From the human T2T-CHM13v2.0 reference genome, Homo sapiens, in the NCBI RefSeq assembly GCF_009914755.1, contig NC_060926.1: a DNA stretch of 64,000 nt; one strand, 5' to 3'. Below, piece by piece: positions 1 through 13,630 of this stretch (its first letter is position 1; each line of letters starts with the position of its first letter). The translations under genes were made by a program, and so were the position numbers. The notes beneath the pieces are model-generated. The model saw only the letters and a list, made by a program, of their open reading frames with translations. It was not told the DNA's origin and made no database searches.

Positions 1-309
1 TCAAAAGGGACAAATGAACAAGGAGGAGACAGCACTAAGTCCTACTCATTTCCAAGTAAAGCATATATATGCTATTTCCCAGCTTGGGGGCAGGCTGGGC
101 ACCCTTTCAGTATTTTATGTCTGCATCTTTGAATGAGTCTGGTTGTTCTCTCAAGGGAGTTTTACTTTATGGCTGAAAGGAAACCTGAAGCTGATTTCTT
201 GGCCTTTCTCTTTAACTCATTCCTCTTTCTCCCACCAAGGTGTCTGTAAAGATTCTCTCTGGAATTGCCTCGCTTCCTAAAAGATATTTTAAACACTAGG
301 AGTAGTGAA

Positions 310-430
310 TGCCTACTCATTTTATCAAGGAGGAAACTGAAATTCAAATCAGAGGAGGGCCTTGACTAAAGTCCCATGGACAGTTAGTCACAGTTCACAC
401 AATGGAAGTCCAAGCCCAGTTCACTTTCTG
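310..430 (-). mobile_element. MIR fragment
   Basis: ATTTTATCAAGGAGGAAACTGA...AAAGTCCCATGGACAGTTAGT resembles the reverse complement of the MIR core. Confidence 0.55.
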
Positions 431-1309
431 CTACACTGCCTTGCTTGCCATAACATCATCTTTCAATTAGCCGTGGTCGTTGCCTCCTATGTATATTCAA
501 CAGAATCCTGAAGAAAGCAAGCTGAACACGTTTCCAAATTAGCGAGAGCAGCTCTGAATAAGAAGAAAATTCATGGTAAGTTTATGGGATGGCTCCAGGT
601 GTCCATCTTTCTATCTTCCCTTGTTATCACTTTCCCTGTTTTGGGTGTAGGGGGAGAAAGAATTTCCCATTGGCTGTCTCCTGGGGTGAGCAAAAACTGA
701 ATGTGTTTAATCTAGGTTTTCCTCAGATTCCACGACTTGTAATAAGCACATCTTTATACTCTTACCTCTCCAGCTGTTCTCTGTGCAAAGCTGAACTAAC
801 TAAAACTGCTGAAAATACCAGAGCTATTTAGGGAATTTCCCTAACTGCTTCAACATTCTTAAAGTGACTAATTTAATTGGATTTATAGGGCACTACATAA
901 TAATGATATCCTTTGGCTATGTTCTTAGTGGGTTCTACACCTGTAATGAAATCCATAATGAAAAGGAAAACAGAAGTACATTTGGGATGCAAAACCACTT
1001 AATTTCCTGGACAGCCATTAAAAATGTGGCATCCAGTGCAATACCTTAACTTTGATTTTACCTTCAGACACCTATGATGATGATTCTGGTTGTTGGTTGT
1101 GGGACATTAGAATAATTGTGTCAGAAGAATTCCCATCGCATCCTAGATTCACACAGCATTTCTCTTACTGGAAACCCAATTCATTAGTCATCTGAGTTGG
1201 AAAACTGGGACTCTAACACTGGATGTTGATTTTATTTATTTAATCTTTTGTGTTCTGGTCTTATTTCTGTTGTATTTGGGGGGTCCTGTCTGCTATCTCC
1301 TGTTCCTGG

Positions 1310-1762
1310 TGTTGAGGTGTAGTGTTCTATGGCATTTCTGCATGTCCTTGGACTATTTTCCAAGGAATATTTGTTTAACAAACATCCTTCAAAGATAGAG
1401 GCAGTATAACCATGAAATGTCTCCCTCCAGGGCAAGGTTAGACAGGTTTGCTTGAAGCTCCCTTCATAGATTGTTTTCTAGCTTTGGGATTTCTTGGTTT
1501 TGGCAAAATATCTATCCTGTGAGTTGTATCACCCTGAGTCCACTTCTACGTGACTCCCACTCTCGTCCTCCCCATGACACTTGAGTGACAAGGGCAACTG
1601 ATCAAAACAGAAAGCTCATGCTGCCTCCTGTGTTCTCCTTAATAAAGTTCATTGTCTCTGATCCAGGAGTCTCATGTCTTCTGAGATCATCTATGAAACT
1701 AGCAGGTTAACTTGTTGGCTAGCAAGTAGGGTTAAATCTCAGACCCTTCACAGTTCTTGACA
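1310..1762 (+). mobile_element. ERVL-class solo LTR (possibly LTR47-like; subfamily tentative)
   Basis: TG...CA ends; AATAAA at 1641; U5-like tail GCAAGTAGGGTTAAATCTCAGACCCTTCACAGTTCTTGACA. Confidence 0.65.
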
Positions 1763-2626
1763 CCCAATTTCTTCTTTTTTGGAGCCTTAGCCTTAGATCT
1801 AGATGATTAAGTCCTGCTACATGATCTTCATCCCAGTATTTCTCCCTTGCTTAAGTGGCTCAGCCCATATTTCCAGTACCAGTTCCCACTAAATTACCCA
1901 CTAAATGTGGTTCCCTCCCTGTGGTCACAAGGAAATAGAGAATTTTTGTAGTTCTCTAGAATGGGCAGGACAGACATATTTGAATGTATTTGCCCATTCT
2001 AATTATTTGATAGTGACAGTCTAGGGCTTATGATGGAGGGATTCAGTCGTTGTATCTAAATTCAGGGTGAAAGGATTGCATGATCAATAGGTAGGTATAA
2101 GAAATGGTCTAGATACTTAAAGTCCAAAACATCTGCATCAGGGCTCCAGAGTCAGGTGCACCCAATGCTAAATGATATGAAGAACTGGTAATTAGAGTGG
2201 TACATACATACAAAGTGAGCTATTTTTGATGATAGTGAAGCCACTATCCATTTAAGTAGGTAACTACTCTGGTTATCACAGAGGAAAATGTGGGAAAATA
2301 TGCCAAATTTTCTCCAATCCTTTCTGTAATTCCTCTGTAGACGTGCAAGTATGATCCTTCTCATGAGGTTTAAGGGTGGAAAAGCACAACTAACGTGGGC
2401 ATTAGTGCTATAAAGCCACTGTTAATTTAACAAGTTTATAGAATGTGCTGGTAATTTACAAAGTTTAAAATGGTGACATTTCTGTCTATTTTCCAGTACC
2501 AGGAAAATCTGTAAGTCTCCTGAACATTTAACTTTTTAAAAATAAAAACTGTGGTACTTGTTATTAACATATTCTTTGCTTTGCCTGTTAGAAAACCTAG
2601 GAGGAATTTTTTCTATTAACCAGAAA

Positions 2627-3083
<457 letters not shown>

Positions 3084-3129
3084 TATTTTATAGGATTTTA
3101 AACTGTCTAGAATTCAGTTTTGGACTAGT

Positions 3130-3450
3130 ATATAGTAGGGATCAAACTTTTATTTTCCCAAATAGCCAACTTTTCCAATGTTATTTATATCTTCTACTTT
3201 TATTTAGTAGTTTTTTTTTCATCATTGATCTTTAAAATGATATCCTTATAAATTCCATATATCTGAATCTGTTTCTGGATTCTCTATGTTTTCCACTTGG
3301 TTTATTTGACAACTTTTTAACCAGTATCACACCATTTAAATTACTGCAGATTTATGGAGTGTTATAATAACTAGGAGAACAAGTTTTGCCTTATTGCACT
3401 ATTTTTTCAAAATATTATTGGCCATGTTATACATTTTATTTTTCAGAGAA
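3130..3450 (-). mobile_element. Old L1M fragment
   Basis: T-rich degenerate antisense L1 ORF2-like text (TCTGTTTCTGGATTCTCTATGTTTTCCACTTGG, CCAGTATCACACCATTTAAATTACTG). Confidence 0.5.
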
Positions 3451-4239
3451 AAATGTAGGAGATTTCGATCAAGTTTCATCGTCTGATGTTTTGGGCCATA
3501 GGGAACCAGTCAGTCTCTGTATTCCAGTTTGTGAAGTACGGTGTTTTGATTGGTCACACCTGAGTCTTATGATCTAACCTTGGAGCACCGTCTGAGAGCA
3601 CACGATGTGAGAACAAGAAAGGTGGTTTTGGGAGATAGAATGTGGTGTCAGAACTATAGAGTGAGAAAAATTAGAGATGGGGATCCTGTTACCTTGAAGG
3701 GCAGGGATGCCTGTTTTGATGCCTGAAGCATCCAAACCCAGCAATATCCCTAATTTTATTTTGCTTTTATGGTACCAAGAATGAGTCCAGGAGATAATTT
3801 TAAATGGTAGTGCTCCAAAAAGTGATACATGTACGCTACATGAAGTGGTTACAAATGAACTATTGTTGTTCATGAACTCCACATACCCATCATTAAGTGT
3901 GCTTTTCAATACTGCATTACTGTGGTGCCTTCAAGATTGTGCTGTAAAATTTCCCTACATTAACTTTTCACTTATTCAGAGCATCCCATTAGTTTACATG
4001 AGAGAAAAGGAATTAGAAAGATAAGGAGTCTAAGAAACCTTAATAGATGGGAGAATTCTATTAAGTAAGCATAATCAGGCAAGGAGTCTCTTGGAATTGA
4101 ATTGGAATTTCAAGGTCACAAGTCCTATCAATCCGCTCCCTCTAAAATCACCTTCTCATCATCCTAGCAGATGAGTCCTCCATCCCCACATCCTACATAA
4201 CTGCTTCAATAAACTCTCATTAAGGATTCCATTGAAGAT

Positions 4240-4620
4240 ACCATGTTTTTTCCTATCTCAGGGCCTTGGTACATACTCTTTTTACTGCCTAAAAATTCCC
4301 TCACCTTCTTTTTTTCCTTTTGTCTAGCTAACTATAACTCATACATTCAATATTTTCCTGGTAGTATTTTCTTAGAAATACTTAGGGAGCTTAGAGTGAC
4401 ATTCAAGCTCCTTCATAGTTTGACTACCACCTATGTATTGTTTTGGTCTATCTCCTAGTAAGCCAGGCTAGTCACCTAAATGCCCTCCTTTCTCCTATTG
4501 TTTATGGTTGTGTCACTTGCATACATTACCTGCTTGTAGAGCAGCCCTCCCACTCAGGAGTAATAGGTTTTATTCCTACGAACTAACATGCACTTGACTT
4601 GTACTTAGTCACATTTTGAC
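4240..4620 (+). mobile_element. L2 3' fragment
   Basis: CTCAGGGCCTTGGTACATACTCTTTTACTGCCTAAAAATTCCCTC resembles the L2 3' region. Confidence 0.45.
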
Positions 4621-4783
4621 TAGAATTACAGGGACTTGAAGGTATGTGTTGTGTCTGGATCTGCCCATATGTTCAAGGTATTTCTTCCAAGTAAGTCTGC
4701 ATTACTCCAGGGTAAGCGCCAGACTTCCTCATTTTTCTACCTTTCATGGAACTTTTGCGTGAGTGGCAAGGAATACTCAATGG

Positions 4784-4977
4784 CAGTGTTTCTCAAGCTT
4801 TACCCTCATCAAAATGACCTGGAGACCTTGCTAAAACACGATTGTTGCAACCACCCCTCATACCCTGTACCCACCAAGCCTAAATCCATCTCAGATGGAG
4901 CCCAAGAATTTGCATTTCTTATAAGCTCCAGTGATATTTAGGCTGCCAGTGCTAAAATCACACTTTGAAAACCACTA
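4784..4977. mobile_element. MER5A
   Basis: Terminal inverted repeats CAGTGTTTCTCAAG / TTTGAAAACCACT; internal GCCCAAGAATTTGCATTTCTTATAAGCTCC. Confidence 0.75.
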
Positions 4978-4986
4978 TTCCGTGAC

Positions 4987-5184
4987 ACTGTTTTAAAAAC
5001 TGGTTGCATGTTAAAATCTCCTAGAAACGGTTAATTAAGATTTTTTTTTTAAAGACTGTGCTTGGGCTCCCCTCTAGACAAATCAAGATCTCTGAGGATG
5101 CCACTTTTCTCATGAAAAGAAAAAAATTCAACAATCCGCAACTGTTAGGAGATTTTAATATGCAGCTAGTGTTGAAAATCACTG
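4987..5184. mobile_element. MER5-family element (MER5B-like)
   Basis: AACTGGTTGCATGTTAAAATCTCCTAG start; TAATATGCAGCTAGTGTTGAAAATCACTG end. Confidence 0.5.
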
Positions 5185-5289
5185 TTCATACAAATGGCAG
5201 ATGAGTAAGCAGAGTCATGAACAAGAGAGCAGGCTTGCTGGGAGCCTAGGCCAGAGCAAATGTCATAACCTCCTGAGGCAGCGTGAGTT

Positions 5290-5423
5290 AGGGCATGCAT
5301 CTCACATTTTAATGTGCTTGCCCGGAAGATGACGATAGTAAATCTGGGATGTCTCTGAAATGCTGCTGGTCTAACAAGCTCCCAGATGATTCCTATCCGT
5401 GAACCCCACTCTGATTAGCAAAG
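5290..5423. mobile_element. MER5A1-like fragment
   Basis: TCTAACAAGCTCCCAGATGAT...CCCCACTCTGATTAGCAAAG. Confidence 0.5.
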
Positions 5424-6381
5424 TTGGGATATCCATGAAGAAAAAAGGGTCAGTGCGTGCAAGGGATGACAAAGGCAGGTGAGTGAAATGGGGCTTGAGA
5501 GCCCACATCCGGTAATCCTTTAGAATTTCAAACATAAGAAAGAAGGGGAAGTGCTGGGGGGTGGGTTCCCCTGTGGAGGAAGTTACTTCTAAGCCATCAG
5601 TTTAAGACTTTAAGTGAATTTCTGGGGAAAGCATCCAGTTTTGATAAGTCTGGCCCAGACTAAATATATAATTTCTACCTAATTAAGGAGGCAGGCACAC
5701 AGGCAAAAAGGTAAATGCAGCTTCTGGAGGCACATCCTAACAGAACCCCAGAGAAATTTTATCAAAGTCTGTGGGCTTTCTCCATCTTCTTAGCTGCCTT
5801 CATTGAGAAGTAAATTTCCATGGGAGAAAATTAGGGTTTTGCTTCATTCCCAGTAGCTGGCATTAAATTAGTCCTGTAGAATGTGTTTGGAGATCATGTT
5901 GATGAGCAGAGATTGTCTAAGCAGCAGGTGTTACGAATTCATTTAATCATTTAACCACACACCCTGCACATATTTCAGCTTTCTTAGGTTGACTTTTATT
6001 TGCAAAACACCTATCTGAAGGTGTGTTATAGTGGATGTATAATTGATGGTGCTTGTCGAATTTTATGCTCTATAAATGCCAGATACATTTTCCCCAAGTA
6101 TGCTCTTTCTTGATCCATTTCTCTAAAGTAAACATTTGAAACAAATTTAACTCTTGAGGGATTCTGGCAGGACTCACTTTCTCACTGATTTTAGAGCTTG
6201 TGTTCAGGTTGGGGAGAGAGCATTATAGTTTCCAGACTCAGCTCAGTGTAAAACCATCGTGCCCAGACAACTCACTTAAAAGGAACAGGAAAGTGCAGTT
6301 AGAGAGCCTTTACTCCACCCATCTAGATGCCAGGCTACCACCAATGGGCATCTTGTTTTCCCTCTTTTCTCTCTCATTGGA

Positions 6382-6448
<67 letters not shown>
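6382..6448. repeat. Compound (GA)n(GT)n microsatellite
   Basis: Directly visible. Confidence 0.95.
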
Positions 6449-6451
<3 letters not shown>

Positions 6452-6457
6452 ACTACC

Positions 6458-6894
6458 TGTAGTAGTTTGAATGGTGACCTGGTGACCCTCAAAAAGGTAT
6501 GTCTGCATCTTGAAACCTGTGACTATGACCTTATTTGGAAAAAGTGTCTTTTGCAGACGTAATTAGAGATCTTAAGACAAGATCATCTTAGATTATCCAG
6601 GTGGATTCTAATTCCAAGGCTAACTGTCCTTATAAGACACAAAAGAGGAGAAGGCCACATGATGCTGGAGGCAGAGATGAGAGTGATGCACCTGTAGCCC
6701 TAGAAGCCTCCAGACCTGGAAGAGGCAAGGGACGGAATTTCCCTGGAGCCTCTGGAGAAGGAAACTTTGTGGAGCCTGTGGAAACCGATTTTGGACTTCT
6801 ATCCTCCAGGATTGTGACAGAATAAATTTCCATTTTTCTAAAAGTCACCCAGTTTGTAGTAATTTGTTATAGCAAACCCAAGAAAATGAATATA
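6458..6894 (+). mobile_element. MaLR solo LTR (MLT1B/C-like)
   Basis: TGTAGTAGTTTGAATGGTG start; GACCTTATTTGGAAAAAG; GGACTTCTATCCTCCAGGATTGTGACAGAATAAATTTC; GTAATTTGTTATAGCA end. Confidence 0.85.
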
Positions 6895-8309
6895 CTATGC
6901 ATCAGCTTGGGGTCGGGAGGTGGGGCACAGAAAAAGAAAACAAGTTCCCAGGCCCTCCTAAAAGTCATTTTGTTTAACATTTGATCCATGCATTTGTCAT
7001 GCCCTCCAAAGGGGACTTCTGCAGAAAAGTTCTCAGTGTCCTTCAATAAGATAGAGCCTTTCTTTGCTCCTACCCTAACCTTGAATCAAATACAGCTTGG
7101 TGGGCCCTGACGCTAGAGGAATTCTCAGTGGCTGGGCTGGCGGAGAGCTATCTATTTGTGTATAGGGTTGCAGCCAAAGTCTTTAAACTAAAACTAAAAC
7201 TCTGTGGATTAAATAAAATACTGGACATGCAAAAGAAGATTCTCTTCGGGAATCCCTGTGTACTAGCCCCTCTGTGTAGTGAATGCTATCACTTTTTCTT
7301 CTCGCTTTTCTAGATAGGCATCTAGAAAGGTGTTCAATCTCTTGGGGGTAATCCATAGGCCTCCAGGGTTATTTCCAAAAGTCTTGTTGATGTTATCAGT
7401 GTTAACACAGAACCTCTTCTGATTAGTGTTCAATCTTACTATGGAATAGCTTTTTTCTCTCAAATATTATTAGAAAATTAGTAAAACATAAAAATGATCA
7501 GGTTTGGCCAGTTTTACCCCTACTGTCCTACTGCTATTCAAAGACCTAGCACTTCTGTACATACGAGTAAACTGCACTCGAAATGGTATTCTCTGTTTCT
7601 GCTTCTACTTAGGTTCCAAGGCAGGTAAGCAGTCTAACCAGATGACAGGTGAGCAATCTGAGGTGAAGTGACTTCCCATTACATGACTTTTGACCCCCAT
7701 CGTTGTCTTGGAAATACTTTATGCTAAGTATTAGAAAGAAGGAAAACCTACTGGCTGTTGCAAACAATTTAAAATAACTTAAAGTGGAAGAAAGAAGAAA
7801 AAAGCAGAGTGAAATTTTATAGGGTGGGGAAAACCTGGAGGAAACTTTCCTTTGAAAGCCAGGAGTCCAAACTATAGATAGGATAGTACAGAAATTCAGC
7901 AATCCCCAAGTGTTCTAGCAGAATTTAAAACAGAGGATGAAACTTGGAGAACTCTGGGCTAGTTGTGACCTTCAGATATACTTTAAAAAAATCAACTAAT
8001 ATTTTAAAATCAGTATTTTCACATAAGATTATGACTTTTTTTTTCTTTTGAAAATTTTGTAAGATCTGGCAGCATTGGGCCTTTATTGCTGCATTGTCAG
8101 GAACTGGGCTATGGGTGTTCCTTCCAGTTGAGGGCTGTTTGAGGTCTACTCTGTCATCTACCTGGCCAGTCCCAGCAAAGCTGGATGTAGTTAAACATGG
8201 AAGGCACAACTGGACTAGGGGAATTGGATAAGTCCTTGAACAAGTACCTGAGTTAAAACATCATAAGTTAAAAGGAGGGGATACTGGTGTGAGTTCTGTT
8301 TCTCAAAAA

Positions 8310-8572
8310 TGGGTGTGGAGTTCTAAAATTAATGTTAATTTGGGTTCCATTTTTTCCAATTTCCCCACTCTCTGCCATATTGTATTCTTTGACTTAGCAT
8401 TAGACTTAGATAAGTTAGTTAATATTCCTGTAACTTCGGTGCTTCATACACAAAATGGGAACAATTATAACTACCTCCTAAGATTTTAGTAAGACTGAAT
8501 AAGACAATGGATAACAACGACACAGCATAATGCCTGAAGCATCATAAGCACTTAAATGTTGGTTGCTATTAT
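8310..8572 (+). mobile_element. MIR
   Basis: ATAAGTTAGTTAATATTCCTGTAACTTCGGTGCTTCATACACAAAATGGG...TAAGCACTTAAATGTTGGTTGCTATTA. Confidence 0.7.
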
Positions 8573-11194
8573 GATTGGTATTCTTTAAAAAGTGCTATTA
8601 CTTGCCATTATTGACTTTTGAAACTGGAGGGTTCAAACAAACAAGATGTTGAGAGGCTCAGGCAACCAGTATGGTTGGAAATAATAAGAAAGTTAGTTAC
8701 CTACCGTGATACTACACTAACCCTTGAAAAAACGTGTGGCGTTTAAAGAAATTTCTGCTAAATTTCTGTTTGGCTTCAGCAAAACCTCGTGTTCCACTTT
8801 CAGAGCATGAAAGAGGCAGTTAAGGCAAGAAAAGCGCATTTAGAAGTTTAAAGAATGCAAGTATCCTATGGGTTGAGAAATGAGATTAATCCTTCCTTGA
8901 CTAGTGCTCTTTTTACTGGCAGGATAAATTCTTTAGGAAAAAGAGTTATGCTGGCTGTGGAAGTAAATAGTGACAGGTGTTCTTTTGTTTATTTTCTATG
9001 TATTTTTCAACCCCAGGTCCATTTTATTCTCAAATGTAACTTCTTTTCTTAGTCAACCTGCTTTTTGGTAAAATTGTTCTTAAAGCATTCAGCTTACATA
9101 ATTAAATATGGTTGTGTGGTTACCTTTTATATCCGAATGTAAGGACCTCCATATAATCTAATTATTTTTTCCATTAAAAAAAGATATTTCACAGACACAA
9201 GCTATAGGTAAGGATTCATTACAAAGGAATCTCATTGTTTTAAATGAGCAATTCCATTATTTTTGATTCTGCCGAGAGTGGGACCTAATTCTGTCAAAGA
9301 GAGAAGGTTGTTAAGATTTGGTGGTCAGAAACACATGACTTCCAATCAAATTTAGCAGTCCTAACTATCGAATTAGGTGTTGTAAGTTTATGTGGGCTTT
9401 CCTAAGGTGAATTGACTACAGGGGGCATAGTTCTATCTAAGGAATAATTAGTTATGTTGAGATTCAATGTTATTTGCATATTTGTGTCTTTGAAATTCCT
9501 CTGAAAATGAGTAATTTTTAGCAATTATTCTTGGTGTTTGAGTCCATTGAGCTAGTCAAAAATTTATAATTGCAAAAACTTTGGCCAAATTATCAGATAG
9601 AGCTAAGATTCGGTTTGGGGTCTTAGGAATTCCTATTATCTCCTTGAACTTTGGGATGTATCAGTTATTAGAATTTAGACAGTCAACGAGCTTGTTGAAA
9701 TTTTTTTTGGAACAAGATCAGTGGAATGAATGGAAACAAAGAAGGGCATATATTTGTAGAGGAGGAAAAGGAGTGATTTGCAGAAGATAAAAAAGGAAGA
9801 AGATAAAGGAGAGGACGGAAGGGGGAAATAAAATTCACATAAATTGCTTATCACTGATATTATAGAAGTAAACTATTTTATAACAGTATCTGCAATTTAT
9901 TGTTCACATAGCCTTCAAAGAAAGAAAGAAATGAAGCAGTAAATCACCTTGCCTCAAATTATAATTTTCCTTACTTGTGCAATATTTATTGAGCAATTTT
10001 ATGCACAGTGTTGTGTTTAGTGGTGAGGATATGTAGCAAATAGGACAAAACTTCCGTTTATACTGGTATAGTATGTTTGTGCACATGTGTGGTGATGGTG
10101 CCAAGTGACTGTTGTAGAAGAATAGTGAAGAATGAACAAATTAGAAAGTAGAGAATTACAATAGAGAAGGAAGGCACATGAGCCTCTCAGGAGAGCTTAA
10201 TTCTATTGCTACTTTCAATGGACAATAATATTTTCAAAAGGTATTAATAACTTCAATACAAGGAGTCTTTCAGCCTAAGTGGTCAAACCAAGTTAAGAGA
10301 AAAGGAAAACTAAAAATAAAAATAAAAAATAAGATCAACTTTATAAGCACCGTTTTGATCTCAGATCTTTGTGGTAAGGCTTGGGAAACAGGACTTTGCA
10401 TATGGGAAGATCATAAATCTGGGCCTGTCAGGGATTTGAAGAGCCCATAAAAGTCAGTACTAGGTGTCTCTGCTGTGCTCCGAATCTGGAAGATTAATGG
10501 GTAATTTCGACTTCCTGCTAATTCTTTATACAACCAGGCCTATATCTTTTAAGATCCAAAAGATATATTACCATAAAAAGTTTCTAAGAAAATGTGTAAT
10601 ATAACCTATTCTCCTTCTATTTTCACGTTCTTTCTTTTTCTCCTGTAGTCATCATCAGACAGTTAAAAAGAAATGGATTTTTGTCAACTTGAAACTCAAG
10701 CTTGAATAACCAGAAATAGGAATCTTCCCCATTATGTTTCAAAATGATTTTCAGTGTACCCTTTCCTAACTAGTCATAATTTAGCTTGAGAATTTCAAAT
10801 ATTAACATATTAGTCATTAGTTGGTATTATTTCAATTTTTCATTCTTGTTTAAATAAATTCAGCTTGTCAGCTCCATATACTAATTACTGTCAATGGTTT
10901 TCTTTTCTCTATAATTTAAAGTCATAAAGTAGTAATAATTTAGTTCTTTATACATAGTTTGAGCATAACCCATCGTGAGAAGGCAAGATGTAATCATCAC
11001 TAAACATATTTGTTTTTACTAAATAACAGTTTCTAAATTTGAAAAACTTCTCTGTGGGTGATATGTGAGGCTGACACATTGAGCAACACCATGAGCAGAT
11101 GTAGTAGCATACGTGAAAAAATTGGTTAAGCTTCTTGATGTTTAATGAAATTTAAGCACAAAAAATATATTCATGTATAACTACTTTTGGCTTA

Positions 11195-11330
11195 ATAATT
11201 CATGCATTTATTTGCCTGTAAATACTCTTTAAACTTCTGTTATGTGCAAGATATCATCCTAACTGCTATAAAGCTTATAAAGGTGAATCAGGTTCAACTT
11301 CTTTCCTTAAATAATTTACAGTCCAACCTA
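11195..11330 (-). mobile_element. L2 3' end fragment
   Basis: ATTCATGCATTTATTTG...AACTTCTGTTATGTGCAAGATATCATCCTAA, antisense L2 tail. Confidence 0.5.
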
Positions 11331-12226
11331 CGCATGTGTATAAATAATCTACCACCAGAAAATGCTAAATAATCTAAATGGGGCATTTTTAAAGTGTTGT
11401 GTGATTTAAATACGTATTTGTGTGTGTGAGAGAATATGATATATGCATTCATATATTTGAGTTGAAAATATATACACATTTGTGAGACAGATTAGATATA
11501 AGCTTAAAATGTGTATGTGTGTGCACATGTGCATAGGAGTATATGTGTGTAAGGGGGTAACAAGGCGTTCACAAATTTCATTAAGAGACTACCATTTGAG
11601 TTGACTTTGAAGCACAGATAAGATTTGGAAGTATGGAGATAAAGGATATTTGACAATTTGACATGGTGGAGAGAGTATATGAAGGTATGAGCAGAGTCCA
11701 GCAGGCTGACAAATTGGGACCTGTTGAGAGGACAATGATAAGCTGTCTTGGCTAAAAGATAGGAGATTAATGAGAAAGAATAGTGGCAAATAAGTTTCAA
11801 AAGTAAGTGTGTTTCAGATGTTAAGTTTTTATTATAGATATTTTGATCTTCAGTTTATTGAAATGGAGTTCTGAGTAGGAGCAAAGGAATACCATAAAGG
11901 CTACAAAAATGCTCTTAGTTAAAAGCAGGATCCACTAGGGTTGGGTTGGAACTGAAATAGGTGTTTAAATTTTCAGTATCTTCAGTTTTGTTTGTTTTTA
12001 CTGTGCTTAGACTGTTGGATCACACATATAAGACTGCAAAGCGCTCATTAAAGTGAAAATATATGCAGACGTTTATACCCGGTATAACAGATAAATTGAG
12101 CATCTCTCTACAGGTGTATCCCAATTTTTTGCTATGTATACCCTTAGTGGATACCTGTGATTGAATGTAATTATTATATCTTCTGGAATGTGAGCATACA
12201 CTGATTGATGTCAGACATTTAGACTG

Positions 12227-12610
12227 TGCTATGGTTTGGCTCTGTATCCCCACCCAAATCTCATCCTGAATTGTAATCCCTGTAACCCCCACATGTCGAG
12301 GGTGAAACCTGGTGGGAGGTGATTAGATCATGGGGTTTCTCCCATGCCGTTCTCGTGATGGTGAGTAAGTTCTCATGACATCTGATGGTTTTTTAACGTT
12401 TGACATTTCCTCCTACACACTCTCTCTTCTCTCTCACGCTTCTGCTGCCATGTAAGACATGCCTTCTTCCCCTTCTGCCATGACTGTAAGTTTCCTGAGG
12501 TCTCCCCAGCAATAAGCCAGGTGTAACTGTGAACCAATTAAACTTCTTTCCTTCATAAATTACCCAGTCTCAGGTATTTCCCTATTGCAGCATGAAAACG
12601 TACTAATACA
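12227..12610 (+). mobile_element. MaLR solo LTR (THE1D-like)
   Basis: TGCTATGGTTTGGCTCTGTATCCCCACCCAAATCTCATC...CTAATACA; perfect 5-bp TSD GACTG at 12222-12226 and 12611-12615. Confidence 0.92.
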
Positions 12611-13028
12611 GACTGTGGCTAACAATAAATTGTATGTGGCAGGAGGGTTTCAGAGTCTTGTCATATAAACAGATATGAGAAGAGGCCGTGGATAATTTAA
12701 AATTCCATAGCAAGCAATTTTTTTTTTTAAAGATTCAAAAATGAATTGTAAGAAGGGGTGATAAAAGGACCACCTCACTGGGGACTATTGCTTAATCTTT
12801 GCATTGGCTGCACATTGCCTCATGCATTGGAGACAGAGCATTATTTCTGACTTTAAAAAAATCCCCACACAAAGCCAAGTAATGGGGTTTAGTATTAGGC
12901 CTACTTCTATTTTTTTTTTCCTCAGAGTTTGCCAAATATTTGATTTTTTCAGAAAACAATCACCCAAGAGTGCATTCATTGCTTCCTGCAGAAATGTGCC
13001 CTTTATTAAAAATAGTTTATCTGGGACC

Positions 13029-13486
13029 TGCAGTGTGTTGAATTGTGTCCTCTAGAAATACATGTTGAAGCCCTAACCTCTGGTACCTCTGAATGTAATC
13101 TTTTTGGAAATGGATTTTGCAATGTTAAAAAATGAAGTTATACTTAATTAAAATGGGCCCTAAATCCAATGTCTAGTTTTGTTATAAGGAGGGGGAAATT
13201 TGGAGACACTTAGATGTACATACACACAGAGGGAAGAGAGCTGTATAAAGACAGAGGGAGAAACTGATGCAGCTACCAGCCACGTAATATCAAGTGTTGC
13301 CAGCAACCACCTGAAGCCAGCAAAGAGGCATGGAACAGATTCTCTCTCACAGTCTTCAGAAAGAGCATGGCCATCAACACCTTCATTTCAGACTTCTAGG
13401 CTCCAGAGCTGTGAGAGAATAAATGTATGTGGTTTTAAGCCACCTTGTCTGTGCTACTTTGTTACAGCACAAAGAAAGATGGTACA
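13029..13486 (+). mobile_element. MaLR solo LTR (MLT1B/C-like)
   Basis: GTTGAATTGTGTCC start; GCCAGCAACCACCTGAAGC; GGAACAGATTCTCTCTCACAG; CCAGAGCTGTGAGAGAATAAATG; ends ...GGTACA. Confidence 0.88.
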
Positions 13487-13630
13487 GGAAGGAAGCTGGT
13501 AGAGCACAGAAGAAGCTGGTATAGGAAGCTGGTACAGGAGCCAAGAAACAGGGAAGGAAATAGGTGGGCTATATCGTGTTTCCTGCCTGATCATTATCTC
13601 CAATAAACAGATGTGTACATTAAGAGCCTT
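13479..13630 (+). repeat. 152-bp direct repeat, copy 1 (copy 2 at 16475-16626)
   Basis: Manual alignment: 143/152 identical, no indels. Confidence 0.97.
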
